64,000 bases of DNA, from contig JBEUKZ010000023.1 in the NCBI GenBank assembly GCA_048128005.1, positions 62,001-126,000 of the forward strand. Direction: 5' to 3'. The notes under the pieces were generated by a model that was given only the letters and a program-made list of their open reading frames with translations, did no database searches and was not told the DNA's origin. Made by a program: the position numbers and the translations under genes. Shown here one piece after another: positions 40,501-53,887 of this stretch; position 1 is the stretch's first letter; the number at the start of each line of letters is the position of its first letter. This DNA comes from Veleropilina oligotropha. Taxonomy: Eukaryota.

Positions 40501-41625
40501 CAGCTTCTGTATAAAGACATTAACGAGATACATGTAGTGAGAGTAATTAATTCCCGACATGCGTTCGCATGAAAGAACGCGAAGTTGCGGGACACGTGTT
40601 TTCTATTTTTATCCCAGTTTGTCCATTTCACGTCGATCAATAAACACAGATGCTCGTTATGCATTTCAAACCGAGTGTATGCTGGGCCCATCCACATGAT
40701 CAATCATTAAATGGCGATTATGTCAATAAATATTTATGTGACCCCGTAGTTGCAAATATTGACAATAAAAATGAAGTGCTGTTACTGATAATATTTTCAT
40801 TAAATATGATATGTATCAGCTAGAAAAAGTAGCAGGAAATATTAGCTATTCCACACTGCCACTAGATATTTATTTATTTTTACAACTTGAGAAAACCGGA
40901 CTCAAATATTGACAAAGATCATGTGTCTTGTTGATAAAGGGAGTGATAATATCGATGCTATTGGTATTATTGTAGATGTGCCTACATTACATTATCAATC
41001 GCATTTATATCGTAATAATTAAATATATTCAAATGACTTACTTTCAGATATCGTATGCATAATATATGTTTTCAATTAGCCACAAAACAAGGCATTTTTA
41101 AAGCCTTCCCCCCAAATGTGGACAAGTGATGATGGGTGAATTCCACAGAGTCAGAAACCATCTCGAAACATGTCTAAGTGTTTTCGCAAATGTCACTTTT
41201 GGTTTTCCAATTCAATTTATGAACACAGTAGCTAAAACACATGTGCTCTGTTCTGGAAAAAACAATGTGGTAGTACTACGTACGTGCTTTACATGCGACA
41301 ATGACAAGAATTCTTAGAAAATGACATTGTCCCATTTCCTGCCATGTGACAAAACATTTTCAGTCGCGAGTCTTTCACCCAGAGTCTTGTAACAATACGT
41401 TAACCCACATTCTCCGCCAGATAAAATAAATTTGCGACGATAATCGTTAACAGCAATATTAACTCTTCATAATTCCACCATGTTCGAAATAATAGGAATA
41501 AAATGAAGGATTAACACGTTCTTCTACCATAAAAAGCATCCAATTCTAGCATACATCACTGCACATAGTTAGTACCGGTATATGATACAATATTTCGAAA
41601 TGATAAAGACTATAGCTATACTCAC

Positions 41626-41669
41626 TTCATTTCTTCTGGTTTCCAATGCTTCCCTGTCGGCTAGTGGTA
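41626..41669 (-). CDS. Candidate alternative septin second exon (VPLADREALETRRNE)
   Basis: gtttttctcag acceptor, gtgagt donor; phase 1 in, phase 0 out, open frame, bridging to exon 13931. Confidence 0.45.
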
Positions 41670-41935
41670 CTGAGAAAAACAAACCATCGCATTTTGTAAA
41701 AATACGAAATATTTATAACGAGCTATGATAACATAAAATTTGAGAATATTTCCATCAATTTATTCGCACTCTAAAGATGATTTATATGCTAATAAGATTG
41801 CGTTTGTTTTTCATAAAAATACGTCTTAGATTGTGATTCTTGAATGTATGCAAGATAATTTACCACCTTTCCTATAATGCGATGCATTATAGACAATTAC
41901 GATATATATCATATTCTGCAAATTAATAGACTTAC

Positions 41936-41996
41936 CTTGTCGCAGATTTGACAGTCTTGGCACCGTTAACGGTGATATGTGGTTATTGGAAAACAT
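41936..41996 (-). CDS. Candidate alternative septin first exon (MFSNNHISPLTVPRLSNLRQ)
   Basis: ATG with upstream in-frame stop; consensus AAG|gtaagt phase-1 donor. Confidence 0.45.
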
Positions 41997-43293
41997 GTCG
42001 CCTTCTTCCGATGATCGCGAAAATAATCCGAATTGTATCCCTCACGTCGAGATAATTATTTCAGACAAATGTTATGCCGATACTAGCGTGCTCCAATCTG
42101 ACATATGGTACTATTGTCGATTACGTTAATTCCGAAATTAATGCATTACGAACGATCATTGTTTAACAAGAGTCAAATCTGCAAATAAATTATAAATTCT
42201 TTCAATTGCAAAGCGAAAAATTGTTAATAAATGGGTTTAGACGTGGAAATGCGTCCAAATGGATCTGGAATCTATTTATCCATTTCTAGTGGAAGTGACG
42301 CGCACTGAGTCATTATGTCTGAGAACGGTTTCTAGGACAAAGCGTCCAAGTGAACCGCATTTACATGTGGCGTGCGTAAGGGCGTAGTGCGCATGCGTGT
42401 ATTGGACGTTGTCAATTATTCAATACAGAAATCGACATCTGAAATCGGCAACGCGACCCGCCATCTAGTAGCGAGACGCAAACAATCATAGACAGAAAAT
42501 GTCAATTATTGTTTGCGAAATTGGTAATTTTGATGCTGTGTTGTTAAAAATAATAGTCAGAAAGCGAAGTCGTTTTTAACATAGCTGAGTAAAAGCAACC
42601 ATTTATAACAGGGGCGGATCCGGGGGGGGGGGGGTCCATGGGGGTCGGATCCCCCCCTTGACGGACCAAGTGCCCTTTTGCCTTGGCCATTAAAAAACTC
42701 ATTAAAAAAACAATATATATATATACACATATATATAAGTAGTAGGTTTAATTACGATTCCACAGTGCGATGCTGCACGCGCATTTCTTATCAAAGAATG
42801 ATTCCGTATATATCGTACGAATCCATGATTGCAATGCTGATGCATTATAGCAAAAATAACATACATATATGTTGCAAAGTGCATGAGTATTTATACTTAA
42901 CCCAATAAGAAACGCACACCCAACTTTTACATAAATTCACTTGGTTAACAATTTGCCAAAATTTAATGCAAGAAAACAATATCTGAGACACTAACTTTCT
43001 CTTTCATTCTTTAATGAAATAATAAAAGAAAATTTTTCTCTGCCAAAAAACTTTTGCGGGAAATACATGTATTAAAATGCAAATCGTCCGTGCGTGCGCG
43101 CGTTCATCATCCCGTGCAAATTATACGTTCTTCAGAGAGTATCTCATAAACCGCGCAACATATATCGTTACCAAATTTGGTGGGTGTATTCTGCAGTTGA
43201 TGAACTGGCGCCATTGCTAATATTGTTCGGTGACTACTTACAGAGTTATTCCCCTTGTTGATATTTAAACGTAGGAAAATACGCTTATTCCAC

Positions 43294-44765
43294 TTCAACT
43301 TCAACTTCAACTTTCATACTTGAAACTTCCTCTGGTGGAAGACTCTCAAGGTGGTCGGAGGTGAATATCGTCTTGCCCTGTTTGTTTAGGCTCTGCCAGA
43401 TTTCATGTTTACCAGCCGGCTGCGGAACGTGTCTAGCGTTGGGGCCTCAGCGACATCAGGTGGCAACTTATTCCATTGGGTTGCAGTCCTGGGGAAGAAC
43501 GAATATTTATGGTACTGGGTGGTCGACTGTGGGATTTCAAAACAGTGGGCATGGGCAACGCGAGTGATGTTTTGTGGTTGGGGGGAGAGGCGTATGTCCA
43601 GGTCGACTTTGACAAGCCCATGTGCCATCTTGTACAGCATCCCCAACCTAGCTCGCTCTCGCCTTACAGATAGAAGATCCCACTCCAATCCTGAGATCAT
43701 TTTATCCACGCTTGCCTGTTGTCTGTATTGGTTTGTTACCCACCTAGCTGATCTTCATTGAACCATCTCCAGTTGATGAATCTGGTCTTGTTTGTATGGG
43801 TCCCAGACTGTAGATGCATATTCCACTCTAGGTCTGACGAGGGTCTTGTATGCGACAGACTTCAGTCTACGACAGGAAATTTTAAGGTTTCGTTTGAGTA
43901 CACCCAAGGAGGAGTTTGCCTTCTTGGTGATGTTGTTTATGTGAGTACTCCAGTCTAAGTCCCGGCTGATGGTTATGCCTAGGTACTTGGCGACGTCGAC
44001 AGTTTCAAGAGCGTGGCCCTTGAGAGTATAGGTAGCTCTCGTGATGTTTTTTCTGTTCCTGGTGGCTCTTAGGACTTGGCACTTTTCCGGGTGAAACTCC
44101 ATTTGCCAGTTTGCTTCCCATGTAGCCAGTGTGTCTAGATCTTTTTGCAACTGTTTGGCATCATCAATTGAAGTAATGGTTAAATAGGCTATAGTGTCGT
44201 CTGCGAATAGTCTGACCCGGGCTTTGATGTCAACCGGCATGTCATTTATGTAGAATAGAAAGAGGGACGGCCCAAGTACTGACCCCTGCGGTACTCCGGA
44301 TATGACATTTGCGGTGTAGGACTTAACACCTTCCAGTACTACAGTCTGGGAACGTTGTGAAAGGAAGCTGCTGATTCAGGTGTTGGTTTTTCCTGTGATG
44401 CCATAGCGCTTCAACTTCGTGAGCAATCGTTGGTGGCCAACTTTGTCGAATGCTTTGGAAAAGTCCATGACTAGTATGTCTGTTTGTTTTCGACACTGCA
44501 TGTTATCATACAGGTCCTGGAGGAACTCGATGAGCTGAGTTTCGCAGGATAACATCTTTCTGAAGCCATGCTGGAATCTGTACACGATGTTGTGCTTATC
44601 TGCATGGGTCATTATATGGCTGGTGATGATATGTTCCATAATTTTGCAGGCGACACAAGTCAGTGAGATTGGTCTATAATTTGATGCTTTATATTTTAAC
44701 CCCTTTTTGAAGACTGGTACGACATTTGCCTTTTTCCAGTCCTCCGGTAGTTCTCCTTCTTCCAT
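43294..44765 (-). mobile_element. 5'-truncated non-LTR retrotransposon (CR1/L2/jockey-like RT) with (GTTGAA)n tail
   Basis: NYRPISLT, QHGFRK, DFSKAFDKV, SGVPQGSVLGP, LFADD, KYLGI, YSFFPRT; in-frame stops; ttcaac repeats at 43294-43312. Confidence 0.92.
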
Positions 44766-46344
44766 TGTATCTGCCCGAAAATAAAGTATATATAATTATA
44801 TAGGCCTAGTAATTGTGAATGTACAATTGCGGGGGATATTGATAGCCTTGTCTTCTTGTTCATTAATGAAGAAAAGAAAGTTAGTGTATGAAATAATAAC
44901 AATAATCGCCGCACAACATTAAAATTAGCAAAGACACCAGTTCACCAACTGCTCACTATACCCACCAAATTTCGTAAAGATAAAGTGAGCAGTTTGTGAG
45001 ATACGCTCCGGAAAAAATAATTTGCACGGGCAGACCGACGCGCACGCACGGACGGTTAGCATGTTACTCAGGCCCTGTTTCCATGTATGTGTTTTTAAAA
45101 TAATTATCCAAACTTACCATTCATCATAAACGTTTTCCATGTATCCGGCAACCGCGCGGGTGAAACACGGTAAAAAAATCTTCCAATGTTGGATTTTTAC
45201 CGCACCGCATGACAATGCGCATGGGGAACCTCTGCAAATGACGTCACTCACATGGGGTTTTCCCAAGAACATGACCGGAAAGACAACGATTTCTACGTTA
45301 TGATAGCTTGAACGGGGAACTTATCTTCAGATACACAATAACATAGCTATATATGGAAGACGAAATTTTGAATTATATGTATAATATGCAAGCGAAAATA
45401 GAGACAATCAAAATTTGACACCACAAAAGCGTAACATTAATTGCAATTAAACCACACAAACTTATAGGCCTTATGTTGACATGCATCCGACACTAGCTGC
45501 AATCAAAACAACCTCCTAGTATACCACATAACGACAGCAAAAGACATACGAAGTCACACGTGTTCACCTTCACACGCCCGACGGCTGATGATCACACATG
45601 AGACGTACATGTATCTGATGCTGGAGTTTTCAAGCTTATGTTTACTTTTAATGACATTGTGAAATCAAGAGAAATACATCTATCACGTTTTTCATTATCT
45701 TATGCATATGCATCCGACCAGTTACGGACAATAATTATTGTGATTCATAACTTGAACAAATAATGTCATGTCCCAACCGAGATTCGAACTCGCTACTCTT
45801 CGCGCCAACGAAATCAAGCCATTTATTTTTTTCGGAGTCTGCAACTAAAAGCACACGACTGTTGGAAGCTAACAACATTTTATAAATATTTCTTTCGCTG
45901 AAACAACAGTAGAAACCGTATATCTAATGACGATGTTTGTATTATCCTAAATGCAATTATAATTAAGATAATCATCACATTTAATAATTCATGTGCTGAT
46001 TACCAGCGCGGGTTGATAAATAAAACGCACACATGGAAATGAATTTCCCGCGCGGGCTGCCGCATGCGGATAACAGGACTAGAATAAACCGCATACATGG
46101 TAGCGTTAATATTCCCCGCAATATATTTTTGGTTGGGAAAAATAACTTTAATTTTATTCATTAATGAACAAAAGAAAGCTAATGTCCCCAAAATGTTTTG
46201 TTGCATTAAATTTTACATATTGTTAACCTAGTGAAATTATCTAAAAGTGAGGTGTGCGTTTCTATTTTGGTTGAGTATATTTTAACATTGAATCGGTTGT
46301 GACTTAATCGCGTTTAAAGTTCAAAATAAAAGATAATTGACGAT

Positions 46345-46869
46345 ATATAGAGGATATCGAACGAGTGTCCATTGATTCCATATGATAATTATGAAACGAG
46401 TCGGGCACAATTTATGTACCGAGCCTTGGCGAGGTACATAAATTTGCTGACGAGTTTCATAATTCTCATATGAAATTGATACAAGTTTGATATCTTCTTT
46501 ATCACATGACTTTATTTACTTTTAAACTTTTTTTATTACGTTTTAAAACTCATTTCTTTACGTTTTTAACTGATTTTTGTCAGTACTTTCAGCCATAAAA
46601 TGCCATGCCCCAGACGCATCACGCCTCGAAAGCACGCGCCACGCCAGTACGCCAATAAAAAATAGTTCAACGTCAGTAATCAACGAGTCAACGCGTATTA
46701 ATTATTCATTATGTTAATGATGGTGATTCGCCGCCTAATCAACTTGGCGCCAGATGCGATAATCGGCCGTCATGCTCGCCCTCATTTGCATACTTATGAG
46801 ACGTGTCTGTTCGTATAGAAATTTATGGAACGACTCCTACCGTTCCATAACAGGTTTGTCATGTGATAA
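46345..46869. mobile_element. Hairpin-plus-TTATCACATGAC/GTCATGTGATAA element (Crypton-like?)
   Basis: Hairpin around cgagccttggcgag; inverted motif at ~46499 and ~46858. Confidence 0.55.
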
Positions 46870-49467
46870 TGAAATATATTACTGAATGTTTCTCAAACTT
46901 ATTTCAGTACAGTGTTGTTGTTTGATACCACAATAAACAAACATCGTGACATGATAGGGGATACCCACAAATTACTTCACAGCTTCATGATTTCCACATA
47001 GTTACTTGAAACAAAATTGTCACTGAAAGTGGTTGATATTTTAATGTATTTACTACGATAAATAAGGTGCATGTCTACTATTAGTACTAATGTCTGCTGC
47101 ATGCACAGCACTAGAAGTAGCTAAAAGTGGTCGGAATTCGCGACCCGTATCGCACTCCAGGACATCTCGCCTTGAGGCCCCGGACAACGCAATAACGACC
47201 GCATGTTCGAACGATATTAACATCATGGGGTCCGTTTCATCGGCATATTTCAAGAGTTTATGAGAGTAGGTACCATGTGCCAAATGTTGGTCAGAATTGG
47301 AAGAGCTCTCAACACACACGCAGGAAAGAAATTAATACGGTTTTTGCGTTGGAATACAGAGAAGTTTAACATTGGATTAAAGGACGAAGTAGAACGCTTG
47401 ATTTAATCTAAATTTAATTTCGGACTACGTGCAAATAGTCTTCAGAAGATTGGTAAATAAATCCACAGCCTGATTGAGATCGAACATGAAAAATGCCATC
47501 AAGCTTTGTTGTATTTGTTCAGGCTTCGATGTCTAGCAAATGCTATACAGCTAGTAGGCCTATATAAGAAATTGATCAATGTGAAGCGGTTATCGAGGTG
47601 AATCAATTTAATTAGTTTTACGACAACATTCTGGCAATATTTCAGTCATATTATATCTGTAGTCGAAACGTGGGTTTAAAGCAGAACTTGCACGGTAGGA
47701 TCGAAGGCGAGGAAAGAGGCAGGCGCGTAGTGAAGGAGTATTATAAATAGGTACAGCCTCGATCGAGAAAGGTGGAAGCCTGTCACTTCCCTCGCGGGAG
47801 TGCCGCGCAAATGCCCCCTTAACATCTCCTTCGATGGACGGGTAACCGGTTTTTATACCATCACTTCTTTGTATCTAATATAGCTTTCAGTGTTAGAACG
47901 AGCCACAATGGAGCGGGATTCGAACCCACACCCTACAGGCCCGTCGGAAGCAATATAGTATTGGTCAGGCTCAGAGCTTCCAACCCATATGAATGGAAAA
48001 GAGTGAGAATGCGAATGGCCGAAATCCGTGAGCATTGGAATCCCAAAAGCCCCGATTAACTACCCCCGGAATTTTTTTTAACTTTGTAGAAGGTCTTAGC
48101 CAAAATTTAATTGTTTTGGGAAACAAATATATTATATATTCTAAATTCTATTCAGTAATGACATCATTATAAGAACATGACTTTATGAAATATTTATTTT
48201 GAGTTTCCTATATAGGTATAAACAATGGAATCAAAAATCTTATCCATTATGGTATCATTAATTAAATAATGTCAAAGGCAATGTTCATTAGTATGCTATG
48301 AATTTAAATCATAATTTAAATCACTTCAGAATCAAAATTTTGATAAATAACGATGTGAAACCCCCTCTCCTGCATTATTAATACAATGTAGTGCAAACGC
48401 GATATTTCTTAACCACAATGTATGAATCACTTTCATTGAAATATATGAGACAATATTTCGTTTTTTCATAATCAAACGCATGCATTTCTGATTTTCAAAG
48501 AGGGTTCGGATCACCTGGGCCCCACAGGCAAATTTGCCTACTATTATTAATTTCGTGAAACCCTCACTCCTGCATTCTGATAGTGCAGTCGCGATATTTC
48601 ATATCAGCATCTCTGAACCATTTTCCCTGAAAATTCGTGGGTAAATTTTCGTTTTTTACATCAAATACATGCAAGTCTGATTTTTGAAAAGGGGTCCTCA
48701 GAAAAATTTGACAATTAATGGTTTGAAACCCCCTCTCCTGCATTCAGACAGTTCAAATAAGATATTTATTAGCAACATTTATGAACCATTTTCACTAAAA
48801 TGTATCAGTATAAATTTCGTTTTTTGACAATCAAACGCATGCATTTCTAATTTCCAAAAGGTTGGGGTCTCGACCACGAAGAAAATTTTGACAATTAACG
48901 GTGTGAAACCCTCTCATCTGCATTCTAACAGTGCAATCGTGATATTTCTTATCAACTATTAAGACTCATTTTCACCAAGTGTATACGTAAAAAAAAAAAA
49001 AATCACAATCAAACATGCATTCTTGATTTTCAAAGGGGGGGGGGGCGGACCCCCTCTGGATCCGCTAGTGGAATATACATATGATGCAAAGAACATGGTC
49101 AACTTAATTATAACCTGCATAATTATGCATTATATATATATATATACGTTTCTTCATATTATGCAACCAGATAACTAAATATGCATGAATATGGACCAAA
49201 ATTAATGAAATTATAATATCACGTTCTTAGGCCCATAAAGCACCATTGCCAAATTTAGATGTGCACAATAAAAGCGAACATTAGTCTTTTCCAAATATTT
49301 TAAACTTATTGTCACAAACTAAATGTCCCAGGTATATTCCTGGCAGGTATGTGGAGGTATTAGTTTCAAATAGCTGCCTGCAGAATTGGCATGAGAAAAG
49401 TTAATTATATTGTCAGCTACAACACTATAAGCGGAATATATAGAGGACTGAGTATAGTCGCTGGATA

Positions 49468-49990
49468 CCGTAACGCTTCTAATAAACGCCTGGGCGTTAA
49501 ATAATTTCAGGTAGGCCTATACATAGCTCGTAGACCCGGCGTCTATATATATATAAGAGGCCGGCGTTTATAAGAGGCCGGCGTTTATTAGAGGCCCGGC
49601 GTTTATTAGAGGCCCGGCGTTTATTAATTTCGTTGACTCTTTTCAGTACTTCGAATTTCACTTGCCAACATGAAATCCTCGAATACTCATTTCAAAAGTC
49701 CAAATATATTCACTTATTCTTGACATTCATGAAATAAATCACCAGAGAGCACGTGGAGTCGTCCAGACTTCACTCAGATAGACTAAGCACGTGAACACAG
49801 TAGGCTTTTATTTTGAGGCGTGCCCGTTGTTTTGCATTAGTGATTAGGACATCTCTGACTGACCCGGCGTTTATTAAAGGCCCGGCGACTATTAATTTCA
49901 ATACACTCATGCCCCAGCGTCTAATAGAGGCCAGCGTCTAATAGAGGCCGGCGTCTATTAGAGACCCGGCTACTATTAGAAGCTTTACGG
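49468..49990. mobile_element. pogo/Tigger-like MITE
   Basis: TA|ccgtaacgcttctaata ... tattagaagctttacgg|TA; internal ccggcgtttattagagg repeats. Confidence 0.75.
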
Positions 49991-52900
49991 TACTATATGG
50001 TTTTACACATGTAGTCAGCGGTAATAGAATACTATAGAAATATTTTCTTGTTACTCCTCCCACCCCTCCCACCCCAAATATTTGTCAGGCCAAAGCCTGA
50101 CCGCTTCCGACGACCTTGCCCTATACCATTCCGCATTTCAAGCTTTTCCGATGCTCTTTTGTTTCAGCTTTAGAAGAATGTTTCCAATGAGAAAAGAAAG
50201 ACGTTATGATGATAATTATATAGAAAGCAACAAGTATCATGCAATTGCCAATGGTGTTAGCGTATCTTTTAATTAAATTAAATCGAAAAGGTAGACAAAC
50301 AGTTCAGACTAACTTTGTGACATGAGTTGACCACTGATCAGCTGATAGAGGATTTGTGAATAGATTATAAATCTGTCTTGGTACAATCAACAAGTGTGTA
50401 TTTATACTGTCGGGGTAAACATACGACAGATGTATCTCGTTCTAATGCGTTTTCCTTTATATAATTATAGAGAGTTCGAGACCGTTATATTTAGACAGTT
50501 CCGAAAATTTTCGATCATTAATTAGTTACATACGGCATGCAATGGATTGCTCTTTGGTCGGTGCTTTATCATTTTATGTAGTTACTCGATTTCTGGTTGC
50601 TGTTTTTCCTAATGTAGGCTACAATTCGATGTTAATAAAATAGTTTGCTAATTTTAATTATAAAGGGGAATCAACAGACGTCTGCTTACTTCTCACGTGT
50701 CTGTTGAAGTAATAACCTTTCAAATGCATATAATTTTTATATTAGACACATTTTAGGTGCTTTTATACTTTTCACGATCTACATCAAAGAACTTTCTCTT
50801 GAGATGATTAAAATAAATAAAAAGGTGTTATATTTAGGTGGGCACCGCCTCCTGAATTGACCCTGGCCGTTTTAGATCAACTTCTGCTCTCGATCAACCT
50901 TGCCCATACAACTTCATGCAACTGTTATATTTTTAAAAAAGTGTTGATACTTTCTTCGATAAATATGAAACCTTAGTGTTCTGTAACTAATAAAATGCCT
51001 TTCATCGGTTATTTAATCAACATACCACTATGATCACATTGTTGACAATCGGTATGTTATTAAAGTATTATTACAACACACGGACTATTTACAAATTTCG
51101 GTTATAATTGTATAATATGTATGTTATAAACTGTATGTACTAATTAATAAAGTATATATGATACAACATACCAGCGACCAGCTTCTTTCTCAAATGTCTT
51201 TGTGCAACAGTAAACTACGGTATCACTTGCTCAGGTGCGTGTCTCGACGTCTGTGGCCCGTCGTTTGTTACAGGAAATCGACATGTAATTCTTGCAATCT
51301 TTTCTTAGCACGTCACACTTAAGTGCATGCAGACACAGACAGAAATTAACATTTCATGCGAGATGTCGTTTTCATAAGCTCATAAACATTACCTGGTTAT
51401 AACGCATCAGAAATGAAAAGATACATGCAGTATTCATGTGGAATTTTGAGTGGTTTTCGCGTCTGGAATATGTTATAATCTTGTTTGTATCATAAACTGA
51501 CGTGTACTGAAAGTCATGGCCAAGAAAAGATTTGTTATCATGATAACTTAGAAGGAAATTACATCAACGTTCGCGTATATATCTGTATCTGTAGGTCAGA
51601 TTAATTGAAATAGCTTGGACATAATAATGTAACTGTCAAAAATTATATAGATGTAGGCTATCTTACTCGAGACTTCTAATTTTGCCCTCGCCCCGGGGCA
51701 ATGGTATTGTTGCAATCGGGCTGGTATGTAATAGATACTGCACTGCCACCCCGAGCGATACCAACCAAAGTTATGTTGATATCGCCGAGGGGTGTCAGTG
51801 TATTATCTGTCATACACATGAAAATATATTGAAAACTGCAAGCTTCTTAAAAGATGGCACTCCCCACTACAAAATATACCATGCTCATCATTAGCATATT
51901 ACGAGTGTCGACTCTTGGTACTAACAACTTGTCAAATTCTTTGTCACTGGCTAGCGACTCGAGTTCCATTGTTTGGGCTGTTAACTGGAACAACGGAAAC
52001 TGACACTAGGAGTCCTATTGTTCAAATATCAAGCTCACGATGTGTAGTATATATTATGTATATATGTATACATGTTTGTAAGCATGTCGACTGGCATAAA
52101 TATCAAAGATAGAATGGATTTACTGTCAAATTTTACAGTGTACCCCTGTCCTCGAAGATGATCGCGGTCGGAATTCAGACGATAGTTCATAATTTCCAAC
52201 TCCAGCGATAAAATAATTATTCGTCATACAAATTTCAAATTAGACTCAAACCATTATTTAGCTCGCAGGGCAATGTCACAGTGTATAATATTATATAGGA
52301 TGTACATTAAACTGAGGGATGCCAGACGGGGAGGATCAAATGTCACATTGTACAATTCGAATATTATCAATTATTTTATCATAAAAAAGGTGGAATGTAA
52401 CCTCGGCTGTGCGAGGCTAAATAATCTTCCATTGATGGATCATTTAATGGATAATGAAACCAGTATAGTTATAACTGCATACATCTACTTCATGATGATC
52501 GCCTTGCCGTGAAGTAGCTTGCGTGTTCCTCTGACCCGGAGAGCTATGCTGGCCGGGGCGCAAACTCATGTCAGTTCTGACCAAGCCAAACAGGTCAAAG
52601 GGCAGTGGCGTAGAAAGATGTTTGACATTGGGGGGGGGGGGGGGTGGCACCATCTGAAATGACTATGTGTATTTTCAACTGGGCGCGTGGGGTAGGGCTC
52701 CCACGCGGCTAGAATTTCTTTTTAATTTTAACTTTCTGAAATTCTTTCTCCTTCAATCTGAGCAAATTATTACACCCTTAGCATCTCAATTTGATACATA
52801 TGTATTCCGAATGCAGTTGGTATGATTCCAACAGTAAATTATCAGGTAGATATATATATATATCTAATATTTTGAATTTGGGTTATTACATTAAAATCTA

Positions 52901-53091
52901 GAAGTAGTTGCAGGCTAAAACAGTATGTATGGTAAAACAAATCACCAATAACATTATAATGATACGGTAACATCATTACATGTAATTTCAAAGCTATGTA
53001 TGCCAGTGATGATCTCGTTATATATTGGATATTTACTGACTGAACACCAGAGACCTACGGCGGCGCTGAACTGCCATATAATTTTATTTAT

Positions 53092-53217
53092 TAATTCGCA
53101 ATTGCGAATTACTAATTCGCAATTGCGAGTTACTAATTCGAAATTGCGAGTTAGTAATTCGTAATTGCGAGTAACTAATTCGCAATTGCGAGTTACTAAT
53201 TCTCAATTGCAAATTAA
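53092..53217. repeat. 21-bp tandem of palindromic units (taattcgcaattgcgagttac), ~6 copies
   Basis: Direct inspection. Confidence 0.9.
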
Positions 53218-53566
53218 TGGAACAGTTGGACCTATACCGCTAAATCTCTGCATATACGGTACAGCAGCAGGGGGGGTGATTGGACTCTAATAGAGCAGCG
53301 TTTTTAGGGGTATGTAGTAAGCAGCAGCAGGGTCTGCGAATAGGGACTCTAATAGAGCAGCTTTTTTAGGGGTATGTAGTAAGAGCCTCCAGGGGGGGAC
53401 TAGGGCAGTTTAGACTAATCCAGGGAGGGGGCAACGGCGGCTCCCCACGCCCGTTTGAACAGAGCTGGTAGTAAGAGCCCTTAGGGACGGCCCGTTACCC
53501 TCACCGGCCCGGGCTCTTCTTTTAGACATACCCACTGCGACGGATATACCCACTGCAAAGGATACG

Positions 53567-53839
53567 ATGAAGGGCAAAGACACCTGTCAATGGCTTACCA
53601 TAAGCTCAACAGAACTATGCGGTAAGAGTTGTCTGAGAGAGTTTTGCAAAGTCCACCTGGCTCGGCGCCGGAAGGGCCGGGGTACAAAGCCCTGCAGCAA
53701 ATGCGGAAAAGGCGTCATAAACCGGTTTACGTTGTGCCGGGGTTGTGGGTATCAGAATGAGAACGTTAAGGACTGGGGACGAAAGAAAAGGGCCTTCGAG
53801 AGAGAGTTTCTGCGCATGGCTGAAATATACCTCACCTAA
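53567..53839 (+). CDS. Small Cys-rich (zinc-binding) protein of the Polinton-like element
   Basis: C..C/C..CKVH and CSKC...CRGC clusters in 90 aa. Confidence 0.6.
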   Translation: MKGKDTCQWLTISSTELCGKSCLREFCKVHLARRRKGRGTKPCSKCGKGVINRFTLCRGCGYQNENVKDWGRKKRAFEREFLRMAEIYLT

Positions 53840-53887
53840 ATTTCCTATTAGAGAGACGCTTATCCTAGTGTATACCCACCCAGCAAC

